A DNA stretch of 40,484 bases from assembly GCA_003056085.1 (NCBI GenBank), contig LSNK01000002.1, positions 1 through 40,484 on the forward strand, given 5' to 3'. The DNA is from Parcubacteria group bacterium M6-OD1-1 (GTDB lineage Bacteria > Patescibacteriota > Minisyncoccia > GWC2-36-17 > M10-OD1-4). This document shows positions 1 through 7,700 of the stretch, piece after piece. The position numbers and the translations under genes are program-made. Under the pieces are notes generated by a model. The model was not told the origin of the DNA. It made no database searches and was given only the letters and a program-made list of their open reading frames with translations. Each line of letters opens with the position of its first letter. Positions within the stretch are counted from its first letter, which is position 1.

Positions 1-249
1 TTTGAGTTGTGTGAGGTTCATCTTTCCATCGTCAGCCTCAGAAATACCCAGGTCTTTTACAATACTCTTGTCTCCCATAATCTTCTCAAGGTCTTCAGGA
101 CGATATTTTCTATCTCCGCGAGTACCAACACGAAGCGGAGAGATGATCCCTTTTTTCTCCCAATTTCGAAGCGTATCCCGATTAATTCCGAACATTTTTG
201 CCACTTCACCAATAGAAAGTATTTTTTTATTAGTATAATTTTTTATCAT
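1..249 (-). CDS. MerR/excisionase-family helix-turn-helix protein; only the N-terminal part is present because the gene runs off the window start
   Basis: Manual translation of the minus strand from the ATG at 249-247 gives MIKNYTNKKILSIGEVAKMFGINRDTLRNWEKKGIISPLRVGTRGDRKYRPEDLEKIMGDKSIVKDLG... The pattern is a typical MerR-type HTH (IGEVAK...TLRNWEKKG...R.Y..EDL). It is absent from the ORF track because there is no stop inside the window. Confidence 0.55.
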   Translation of the reverse strand, partial: MIKNYTNKKILSIGEVAKMFGINRDTLRNWEKKGIISPLRVGTRGDRKYRPEDLEKIMGDKSIVKDLGISEADDGKMNLTQLK

Positions 250-368
250 ATTTCATATGTTATTATAGGTTGTATATTCTTGTCAAGTATTTTAATAATT
301 TCATAACTTTTCATATGTTAAGAAATCCTTCTATAATCCCACAAAACACCCCTAAAATCAACAAAAAA

Positions 369-399
369 CGAATGGCTCAGCGTTGCTGAGCCATTCGTT
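369..399 (-). terminator. Intrinsic terminator hairpin downstream of corA, with A/T tracts on both sides
   Basis: The 14-bp stem acgaatggctcagc / gctgagccattcgt has a 3-nt loop. It is flanked by an A-run (364-369) and a T-run (399-404). Confidence 0.65.
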
Positions 400-422
400 T
401 TTTAGTATATAAAATATAATCT

Positions 423-1337
423 TTAAATAACTTTTTTCTTTTTCAAGTATCCGATAAATATCACCCAAACTACAGCTATAAAAAACATCACATACAAAAA
501 TGCATCTTTGTCTTCTTGGAGAGGAATAGTAATGTTCATGCCGTAGATGCTGGAAACGGCGGCAATAACACTCAAAAACACAGTTACGACGGTAAGTACG
601 GTAATAAGCCTGTTTAGTCTTGATGTAAGCAAAACCATACTGTAACTTCTTATATTTGAAATATTTTTAAGCGAGGTTTGGCAAATATTTTGCCCTTCTT
701 CCGTATCAATGATGAGTTCTTCTAAAATATCCTTATCTTTTTCATGAAAACCAAGCCTATGTATAATTTTGTTATACATAAAATTTGTGTAGTTATATGC
801 CGAAACGAAACTATTTAAAGTATATTCGTGTTTTATCATCTCATTTACATCTTTTTCCCTAAGCTCTTTACTTAAGTCATTTTTCATTTCTATGCTTTTT
901 ACTATTTGAAGTGTTTTATATTCAAGTAAAGTGTTATTTAAACTTAAAAGATGCAATAAAAATTTTGTCTTTTGAGTTGTAAATAAACCCTCTACGCTAT
1001 TGTTAAAAATTTGCTTAAAAAATGTCGGCTCCTGCTGAGAAAATGTTAGTATAAATTCTTTAGTGACTATCATTAAAAATGTGAAGGTGCCTTTTTCCAA
1101 ATCATCGGCAGGGACCTTAACGTAAATGTAAGAATCTCCATTTATAAAATCAGCTCTTGGTATTTCATGCGGGTCAATCCCTGAGTTAAGATTGTCTTTG
1201 TCCAACCCAAACTCCTTTACTAAAAAACTTATATCTTTTTTAGTCGGAGACACAACATTAATCCATGACCCCAATTCGGCGCTATTTATAACTCTCAATT
1301 CTTTATCTTTTATTGATTTTTTTAGATAGGTTATCAT
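423..1337 (-). CDS. corA: CorA-family magnesium/cobalt transporter
   Basis: 304 aa with two C-terminal TM helices and the signature YGMN motif (SSIYGMNITIP) in the loop between them. Size and architecture are typical of CorA. Confidence 0.85.
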   Translation of the reverse strand: MITYLKKSIKDKELRVINSAELGSWINVVSPTKKDISFLVKEFGLDKDNLNSGIDPHEIPRADFINGDSYIYVKVPADDLEKGTFTFLMIVTKEFILTFSQQEPTFFKQIFNNSVEGLFTTQKTKFLLHLLSLNNTLLEYKTLQIVKSIEMKNDLSKELREKDVNEMIKHEYTLNSFVSAYNYTNFMYNKIIHRLGFHEKDKDILEELIIDTEEGQNICQTSLKNISNIRSYSMVLLTSRLNRLITVLTVVTVFLSVIAAVSSIYGMNITIPLQEDKDAFLYVMFFIAVVWVIFIGYLKKKKVI

Positions 1338-1822
1338 AATTTATCTTGATTCTGATCATTAGTTAAAAATCCTGTTTTAGTCCAGTCATTTACGCCTCCA
1401 TTTAAATTAAAGACATTGGTGTAACCAAGCAAAATAAGTTTTTTTGCCGCGATTTTACTCATATTTCCATTTTTTGAATAAACCACAACTCTAAAATTCT
1501 TTTCTTTAGGAAGCTCCAATTGTCTTTCTAAAATCTTTGTATAAGGCATAAAAGCATCTGTTTTTTCTATATATTTTCCATTCTCATCGTTTGTGTTTAC
1601 AAGAAAAAATTGATTTCTTTCTTTTAACTGTATCATAGAATTAAGAGTTTCCGAAGAAATATTTTTATATTCAAAATTTTTGTATTCAACGCCTGCGCCG
1701 CTTCCCTTTCCCTCTTCTAAAATATCTTTACCCTCAAAATACATTACAAAAAAGGCCACCACAAAAAGTGCCAAAAATGCCGCAAATACTTTTTTAAAAT
1801 TTTCCTTCACTTCTTTTTTCAT
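1334..1822 (-). CDS. Membrane-anchored rhodanese-homology-domain protein; the catalytic Cys position is Ser
   Basis: N-terminal TM helix. The C-terminal rhodanese-like block is VVVYSKNGNMSKIAAKKLILLGYTNVFNLNGGVNDWTKTGF. It has a 4-nt ATGA overlap with corA. Confidence 0.65.
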   Translation of the reverse strand: MKKEVKENFKKVFAAFLALFVVAFFVMYFEGKDILEEGKGSGAGVEYKNFEYKNISSETLNSMIQLKERNQFFLVNTNDENGKYIEKTDAFMPYTKILERQLELPKEKNFRVVVYSKNGNMSKIAAKKLILLGYTNVFNLNGGVNDWTKTGFLTNDQNQDKL

Positions 1823-1829
1823 ATTCTAT

Positions 1830-1835
1830 ATTATA
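1830..1835 (-). promoter_or_regulatory. TATAAT -10 box 7 nt upstream of the rhodanese/corA operon ATG (leaderless-type geometry)
   Basis: The minus strand reads tagatTATAATatagaatATG. There is no SD between the box and the ATG. Confidence 0.35.
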
Positions 1836-1853
1836 ATCTAAAACCGACAAAAT

Positions 1854-1884
1854 AAAAACCCGGATATAAGCAACCCGGGTTTTT
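1854..1884 (-). terminator. Intrinsic terminator after the small Cys-rich ORF
   Basis: 6-bp GC stem acccgg/ccgggt with an 11-nt loop. It is followed on the minus strand by a T-run (revcomp of aaaaa 1854-1858). Confidence 0.5.
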
Positions 1885-1895
1885 ACTTAGTTGTA

Positions 1896-2042
1896 CTACA
1901 TGCCGCAAGTATGTTCTGCTCCTTCTTCTCCTGAGCAAGCCTTACATGAAGACATATCCGCAGCTGGAGCTGCCACCTCTTCTTTGTGCTCGTCATGCTC
2001 ACAATCAGAACCTGTGCATGTGTGTGTTGTTTCTTCTGACAT
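1896..2042 (-). CDS. 48-aa acidic Cys/His-rich small protein (hypothetical, possibly metal-binding)
   Basis: Manual translation gives MSEETTHTCTGSDCEHDEHKEEVAAPAADMSSCKACSGEEGAEHTCGM*. It is too short for the ORF track and clearly more GC-rich than its flanks. It has its own putative promoter and terminator but no obvious SD. Confidence 0.5.
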   Translation of the reverse strand: MSEETTHTCTGSDCEHDEHKEEVAAPAADMSSCKACSGEEGAEHTCGM

Positions 2043-2110
2043 AACAATAAAAATTTAATTATTATAAAGGCATTAAGCAGAAAAACATTCTGCTTACAAC
2101 CCTAAATACC

Positions 2111-2140
2111 ATTATAACTCATTTTGAAAAAATACAACAA
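2111..2140 (-). promoter_or_regulatory. Putative sigma70-type promoter for the Cys-rich micro-ORF
   Basis: The minus strand reads TTGTTG-N18-TATAAT. The predicted leader of about 60 nt contains a 9-bp hairpin (taagcagaa/ttctgctta, 2074-2096). Confidence 0.4.
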
Positions 2141-2162
2141 GATACATGTTGATAAGTTTCAT

Positions 2163-2195
2163 AAAAAAATCCTTGCGATTAAATAATCGCAAGGA
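2163..2195 (-). terminator. Intrinsic terminator after the dapD-like gene
   Basis: 11-bp stem tccttgcgatt/aatcgcaagga with a 4-nt loop, followed on the minus strand by a T7 run. Confidence 0.7.
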
Positions 2196-2216
2196 CAAAG
2201 TTTAGTTTAAGAAATA

Positions 2217-3374
2217 TTAATCCCTTAAAAGCTCATTTATTGATGTTTTTGAGCGTGTTCTTTCATCTACCTGCTTTATTATCACAGCACAATTTAAGCT
2301 GTGACTGCCATTTTTAGCGGGCAATGAACCGGGAACCACAACAGACCCCGCAGGAACACGACCAAAAGTTATTTCATTAGTCATTCGATTGAAAATTTTG
2401 GTACTTTGACCAATAAAAACCCCCATTGATATGACAGATCCTTCTTCTACCACAACACCCTCAACTATTTCAGACCTTGCTCCGATAAAACAATTATCCT
2501 CAATAATAGTCGGATTAGCTTGCAATGGCTCCAGAACACCGCCGATTCCAGCCCCGCCGGAAACATGAACATTCTTGCCAATCTGAGCACAAGAACCGAC
2601 AGTAGCCCATGTATCAATCATGGTGCCGCTATCTACATAAGCTCCGATATTCACATACGAAGGCATAAGAACAACATTAGGAGCAATAAAAGAGCCTCTC
2701 CTTACAGCACAAGGTGGAACGGCACGAAATCCTGCTTGCTGAAAACTTTTTTCGTCCCAGCCATAAAATTTAGAAAAAACTTTATCAAACCACGCAGTTC
2801 CACCAGGACCACCTGATATTATAATGTTGCTATTAATCTTAAATGATAATAACACAGCCTTTTTTAGCCATTGATTAACAACCCATTCATCATGTATCTT
2901 TTCTGCGACACGAAATACACCAACATCAAGACCAAAAATAGCAGACCCAACAGCATTTCTTATATCACCATCCTTAAGGCCTGAATCGATACTGCCTTTG
3001 TTTTCCCATGCATTTTCGATAACACTTTTAAGATTATCATCGTATAATGATATCATTACATGAATATTTGGACTTCGTAAGAAATCAATAGTCGGGTGAG
3101 ATTCTTCGGAGTCCCAAAGTTCAGCAAAAAACTCTACAACTTTATGATGATTGCTTTCATTAATTATGAATTCCAGACGCCCCTCAGACAAAAAGTCAAA
3201 AAGTTGAGATGAAATGTACTTCCCGGGCTGAGAAACTATTCGCATATTTTCTCCATCCGAATTTATAAGATCAATAACTTTCACCGGTCCATTTTCCGGC
3301 AAATAACCCATAACATCCTGCAGTGCTTTGCAATTCATTTCAAAAGAATTGATAAAGCTGACATGCTTACTCAT
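2217..3374 (-). CDS. dapD: Tetrahydrodipicolinate N-succinyltransferase (DapD)-like hexapeptide-repeat acyltransferase with an N-terminal extension of about 110 aa
   Basis: The C-terminal 270 aa or so follow, from memory, the gammaproteobacterial DapD sequence closely: [118 protein letters not shown]...G..SL.CAVI.K.VD..TR.K..INELLR. There is an AGGAGA SD upstream. GC is visibly higher than in neighbouring genes. Confidence 0.85.
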   Translation of the reverse strand: MSKHVSFINSFEMNCKALQDVMGYLPENGPVKVIDLINSDGENMRIVSQPGKYISSQLFDFLSEGRLEFIINESNHHKVVEFFAELWDSEESHPTIDFLRSPNIHVMISLYDDNLKSVIENAWENKGSIDSGLKDGDIRNAVGSAIFGLDVGVFRVAEKIHDEWVVNQWLKKAVLLSFKINSNIIISGGPGGTAWFDKVFSKFYGWDEKSFQQAGFRAVPPCAVRRGSFIAPNVVLMPSYVNIGAYVDSGTMIDTWATVGSCAQIGKNVHVSGGAGIGGVLEPLQANPTIIEDNCFIGARSEIVEGVVVEEGSVISMGVFIGQSTKIFNRMTNEITFGRVPAGSVVVPGSLPAKNGSHSLNCAVIIKQVDERTRSKTSINELLRD

Positions 3375-3464
3375 TGTCTTTCTCCTTTTTTTAAAATAAC
3401 AGATGCCAATTGATTTATTGGTTTTTATAGTTAAATCTATTTTAGTTGTTTTGTCAAATCTTTT

Positions 3465-4262
3465 TTATTTTTTTGTCGGGAAAATTCCGTTTATGGCATT
3501 GTTTACTATTTCTTTCACCTCAATGCCAAAATCAGCCTGAAGCATCCAATTTAAAAAACCGGGATTTGACATAAAAACACTTTTTAAACTCTCTCCTCTA
3601 TGCTTTCCAAAATTAAAATAAGCTTCACCATCTCTCCAATAAAATCTTCTGTCAGCATCAACATATCTTTCGTCTTTTTGAGAATGCAATGAACTTAAAA
3701 ATTCTTTGTCTTTTATTTCCGGATATTTTTCAAGTTGCGATTCCAAAATCTCATAAGTCGCCAAAACATCCCCTTCTGCGCTATGAGCGTCTATATGATC
3801 CTTCCCACAGTAAAATTTATATGCTGATGTTAAGTCTCTTTTTTCCATACTGTGAAAAATCGTTTTTGAGTCTATTATATCTTCCATTTTATACTCAAAA
3901 TTAATTCCCGCCTCTTTAAATTCTTTTTGAAGCATCGGCAGGTCAAAGCCGATAACATTAAAGCCTCCAAAGTAACAGTTGGAAAAAACCTCTAAAAATT
4001 CTTGAGCATACTCTTTAAAATACGGATGCTTTTTTGCTTCTTCGTCGGTTATTCCATGAACATCTATCGATTCCTGGGGGATTTTAATCCCGGGATTTAT
4101 TTTATAAGTCTTGACCTCTTTTTCTCCACTTGGAGATATTTTCATATAGGAGAGTTCAACAACTTTATCCAAGTTAATCATAACCCCTGTTGTTTCAAGG
4201 TCAAAAACCACCAATGGTTTTTCTAATTTTAATTTTTCCATTATTTGATTTTTTTCCGGCAT
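3465..4262 (-). CDS. DnaQ/epsilon-like DEDDh 3'-5' exonuclease with an ExoX-like C-terminal domain
   Basis: Motifs VVFDLETTG (Exo I), GFNVIGFDLPML (Exo II) and HSAEGDVLAT (Exo III, DEDDh). The start is set at the internal ATG (MPEKNQIMEKLKLEK...). The ORF-track start at 4409 is a TTG that would read through a GC-rich structured intergenic element. An alternative ATG lies at 4241. Confidence 0.8.
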   Translation of the reverse strand: MPEKNQIMEKLKLEKPLVVFDLETTGVMINLDKVVELSYMKISPSGEKEVKTYKINPGIKIPQESIDVHGITDEEAKKHPYFKEYAQEFLEVFSNCYFGGFNVIGFDLPMLQKEFKEAGINFEYKMEDIIDSKTIFHSMEKRDLTSAYKFYCGKDHIDAHSAEGDVLATYEILESQLEKYPEIKDKEFLSSLHSQKDERYVDADRRFYWRDGEAYFNFGKHRGESLKSVFMSNPGFLNWMLQADFGIEVKEIVNNAINGIFPTKK

Positions 4263-4371
4263 ATCTTTAAAACTTTCTTCCCCGTAAAATATTTCTGCTT
4301 TTGACAAAATTTCTGCAAAACAGAATCCCACTGGGGTTGACAAATTAATTAATATATGATAGTTTGTTGTT

Positions 4372-4493
4372 AAGGATGAAGGCGCAATTTTATGTCGCCC
4401 CACGCCCAACCGGAAGGCTTAAAGTTCCTTCTTCGGCTCAAAAAAGAGCGGGTGTCATCCTACCCCCCGAGACAAGTTCCCGGGGGTTTTTTT
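4372..4493 (+). ncRNA. Candidate structured small RNA of unknown class (GC-rich island with its own promoter-like element and intrinsic terminator)
   Basis: TTGACA at 4337-4342, then a TGn-extended weak -10 (tgaTAGTTT) 17 nt downstream. GGATGA (4374-4379) pairs with TCATCC (4455-4460). Internal hairpins are ggcg..cgcc and ccggaagg..ccttcttcgg. The terminator stem is CCCCCG/CGGGGG (4464-4486) followed by T7. No plus-strand gene lies downstream. Confidence 0.4.
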
Positions 4494-7400
4494 ATTTATA
4501 GTCCTTGCATCCGTCGCAAAACCCCTGCTTACTGCTGCACTCAAACTCCAAGTTCATTATCTTTTCGTAAACTTCTTTTATTGTTTCTTTCAGCTCCGAT
4601 ACATCTTTTTCTGTAAATTCAACTGCTTCTTTTTTGTATTTTTCGTCTTTCCCCTGCACAAAATCCAACTCTCCAACAGTCATATTATATTTAAATCTAC
4701 TGTCCAAATCGCATAAAATTTTATAAAAAACTATCTGTCTTTTTAGATTTCCTTTGGAATCTTTCGTTTTCCCCTCTATTTGGTTTTTTGTTTTTGCGCT
4801 TCCGGTTTTATAATCTATAACTTTAACATCTGTTGTATTTACTTTTTCTATTTTATCAATTTTTCCGGTTAAATGCACGTCATCCAAATACACTTCATGT
4901 TTTGAAAAGTTATATTCAACGGCTTCAGGGACAATCATGCTGTCTTTATACAAATTGTAATATCCCAAAATACCTTCTGCGCCTATTTTTATTAACTCTT
5001 CTTTCTCTTTGTATGTTAAAATTTCTCTTTCGATCGCATTTTTGTATGCCGACACAAGAAACTCAGAAGACGGCAGCTTGTCTGTATTTTTAAACTCCAA
5101 AAAAAACTTTTCTAAGGCTTTATGATACGCCGTTCCAAGCACCATATGCTTGTTTTTTGCTTCAGGTATTCTTATTAAGTTTCTAAACTTAAATTTTCTC
5201 GGACACTCAAGATAGTTGTCTAAGTGAGTAACGCTCAGCTTGTAGTCTGCAAGCAGTGACTTTAAATATTCATCTTCTTTTTCCTTTTGAATTTTGCCTC
5301 CTCTTAATTTTTTATCCAAAAATTCTTCTGCGTCATCTATCTCTTTATCACCTAAAATATTATTTATATATTTTTTGTCTATTTCCTCAACAAATTGAGA
5401 AATTGATTTTTCTTGGACATTGCCGTTTGAAACATACTCTTCAGCATAAGTAATATATGCTTTTTTCTTTGCTCTTGTTAAAGCTACAAAAAAAAGTCTT
5501 CTTTCATCCTCATTTTTTTCAAATTCAATTTTGGAAGACTTGGTTAAAAGATTTTCAGGAAGCTTTATCTTATCCATACTTCTTTTATTTCCCCATGTTT
5601 TATCCACCGCTTTTGTTATAAATACATATTCAAATTCAAGCCCCTTTGCCTTATGAGCTGTCATAATTCTTACTCCTTTTTTTTGAAGCAAAAACGACTC
5701 TTCTTTTATTTCAATATTATATTCATTGTATAAATTAATTTTTTCTAAAAACTTTTTTGTATCAAGCTCTCTGTCTTGTAAATTTAACTCTTTTATTTCA
5801 GAAAACAAACTGGAAATATGCCTTAAATATTCCATTTTCTCGTCTTTATTAAATATCCAATCCAAAAATCCGCTATCTGAAAGAACCTTCCCGCAAAATG
5901 CAGTAAAAGTTGTTTCCGCGCTTATCTTTTTAAATTTAAGAAACTTATCTATAAAATCGGCTATATTTTGCTTGCTTATGAGATCCAAATTTTCTAAATT
6001 TTCAGCTTTTGAAATAATATCAAAAATATTCACCTTATCCTTCTTGGAATAATTAATTTCATAAAGATATTTATACAATTTATACACATCAAGCGCATCT
6101 ATGTTTAAAAATCCAAGAGACATTATATCTAAAAGTTTTTTGTCGTCGTAAGGATTCTCAATAATAGAAAGATAATCCAAAAACGCTCTTACAGAAACCC
6201 CCTGCAAAACATTATTTGATGCTTCAAACACCACAGGAATATCTCTTTTTATTAAAAATTCCGCCATTTCATGACTTTCTCTGTTTGTCCTTGAAAATAT
6301 CGCTATTTCATCAGAGTTTTCTCCTTCTTCTATTAATTTTTCTATCTTTTTTGTAATATAAAACTTCTCTGCGTCGCCAACGGAAAATTTTACAACATCA
6401 ATTTTTTCCCCTTCGCCTTTTTGAGAATTTAACTTTTTATCTACGCCGTCTAAAAAATTACCAACTCTATTTTTGTTCTTATCAATCATAGAGAAAGAAG
6501 AATCTAAAATATTTTGAGTAGATCTGTAATTTTGTTTTAAAACTATAGGACTTTTTACGCCATATTTATCACTAAAAAATAAAATATTTTCCAAAGACGC
6601 TCCTTGAAATCTGTAAATTGACTGATCGTCATCTCCCACTACAAAAATATTGGGTTTTTCATCTGAAAGAAAGCTTGTAAGCAACGAAATTATTTCGTTT
6701 TGAGCCTCGTTTGTGTCTTGATATTCGTCTACCATTATATAAAGATACTGCTCCTGATAACTTGCTAAAAGTTCATCGTCTTCCTTAAACTTATTAACAA
6801 CAAACAATATCATATCCTCGTAGTCATAAAGCCCTTTTTCTTTTATTTTTTTTTGGTATTCTTTGTAAATTAAAGAAAGCTCCTTGTTTTTTAAAACTTG
6901 TTTTTCTTTTTTCTGCCACTCGCCCGTTGGTTTTCCGGTTCTTGGATTTATCTTATGCTCGCTTTTTAACTCTTTTTCTAAAATTTTTAAATTTTCGTCT
7001 AATTTTTCAGGCGTAATATCTTCGCGTTTCAGCTTTTGAATACTTTTTAATATATCAGACAGATAAAAATATCTATCTCCAAATGTAACTAAATTTTTCA
7101 GATCTAAAGAGTTTATAATATTTCTTAAAATCTCAATTCTTTCTATATCGGATATTTGTTTAATCCCTTTTGCAAATATAAATTTTTCCGGAAATTCATT
7201 TATCACTTGAGAACAAAAACCATGTAAAGTAGTGATGTTCACCTTATAAGCATCAGTCCCCATTATCTCAAGAAGTCTTTTTTTAATAGCCGTAACACCA
7301 CTTTCGGTAAAAGTTGTTATCAATACGTTCTCTGCGGGCGACAACCCCTCTTTGCATATATAAGCCGCCCTCATGCCTATTATCTCAGTTTTTCCGGTAC

Positions 7401-7497
7401 CGGGCCCCGCAATAACCATAACAGGCCCCTCGGTATTTGTTACCGCTTTTTGCTGTTCTTTATTTAATTTTGCAAATCTTTGTTTGAAATCTTCCAT
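4492..7497 (-). CDS. UvrD/PcrA-type superfamily-1 helicase fused to a C-terminal PD-(D/E)XK nuclease with a Cas4/AddB-type Cys cluster
   Basis: Helicase motifs AGPGTGKT (I), VDEYQDT (II), VGDDDQSIYRFQGA (III), QNYRS (IV), TAHKAKGLEFEYVF (V) and VALTRAKK (VI). The C-terminal nuclease has LECPRKF, GKIDKIE, VIDYKTG, QIVFYKIL and a terminal CSSKQGFCDGC. Confidence 0.85.
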   Translation of the reverse strand: MEDFKQRFAKLNKEQQKAVTNTEGPVMVIAGPGTGKTEIIGMRAAYICKEGLSPAENVLITTFTESGVTAIKKRLLEIMGTDAYKVNITTLHGFCSQVINEFPEKFIFAKGIKQISDIERIEILRNIINSLDLKNLVTFGDRYFYLSDILKSIQKLKREDITPEKLDENLKILEKELKSEHKINPRTGKPTGEWQKKEKQVLKNKELSLIYKEYQKKIKEKGLYDYEDMILFVVNKFKEDDELLASYQEQYLYIMVDEYQDTNEAQNEIISLLTSFLSDEKPNIFVVGDDDQSIYRFQGASLENILFFSDKYGVKSPIVLKQNYRSTQNILDSSFSMIDKNKNRVGNFLDGVDKKLNSQKGEGEKIDVVKFSVGDAEKFYITKKIEKLIEEGENSDEIAIFSRTNRESHEMAEFLIKRDIPVVFEASNNVLQGVSVRAFLDYLSIIENPYDDKKLLDIMSLGFLNIDALDVYKLYKYLYEINYSKKDKVNIFDIISKAENLENLDLISKQNIADFIDKFLKFKKISAETTFTAFCGKVLSDSGFLDWIFNKDEKMEYLRHISSLFSEIKELNLQDRELDTKKFLEKINLYNEYNIEIKEESFLLQKKGVRIMTAHKAKGLEFEYVFITKAVDKTWGNKRSMDKIKLPENLLTKSSKIEFEKNEDERRLFFVALTRAKKKAYITYAEEYVSNGNVQEKSISQFVEEIDKKYINNILGDKEIDDAEEFLDKKLRGGKIQKEKEDEYLKSLLADYKLSVTHLDNYLECPRKFKFRNLIRIPEAKNKHMVLGTAYHKALEKFFLEFKNTDKLPSSEFLVSAYKNAIEREILTYKEKEELIKIGAEGILGYYNLYKDSMIVPEAVEYNFSKHEVYLDDVHLTGKIDKIEKVNTTDVKVIDYKTGSAKTKNQIEGKTKDSKGNLKRQIVFYKILCDLDSRFKYNMTVGELDFVQGKDEKYKKEAVEFTEKDVSELKETIKEVYEKIMNLEFECSSKQGFCDGCKDYK

Positions 7498-7622
7498 TTA
7501 AGTGTTTTATACTTTAAAATAACAACGAAAAATATCTAATCTTAAGATTATTATACACCAGACAAAAAATAAAAGCCAAAATTACACATTTATTCATTTT
7601 TAAGCTCCTCATCGCACAACTA

Positions 7623-7651
7623 TTGACACTTGGGTTATATTCTGTTAATAT
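7623..7651 (+). promoter_or_regulatory. Near-consensus sigma70 promoter for the GC-rich cassette gene
   Basis: TTGACA (7623-7628), a 17-nt spacer, then TAATAT (7646-7651). A strong SD, TAGGAGGT (7688-7695), lies 5 nt before the ATG at 7701. Confidence 0.55.
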
Positions 7652-7700
7652 CAATCTGATTCAATCTCGGATCAATAAATAACAACGTAGGAGGTTCTAT

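Noticed and set aside
2-306. Plus-strand ORFs 2..238 and 7..306 from the ORF track
   Set aside because: They are low-complexity translations antisense to a much more convincing minus-strand MerR-type HTH reading frame (1..249). They have no motifs, and the 2..238 ORF uses a TTG start.
4262-4409. N-terminal extension of the exonuclease ORF back to a TTG at 4409
   Set aside because: The extension reads through the GC-rich structured element and gives a non-protein-like sequence (MGVGRHKIAPSSLTTNYHILINLSTPVGFCFAE...). The DEDDh Exo I motif begins shortly after the internal ATG at 4262.
4372-4493. Identification of the GC-rich RNA candidate as SRP (4.5S/ffs) RNA
   Set aside because: It contains CC-GGAA-GG, which resembles the SRP domain IV tetraloop. 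However, the universally conserved flanking loop sequences (AGGUCAGG on the 5' side, GGAAGCAGCC on the 3' side) are absent on both strands. It is left as unknown class.
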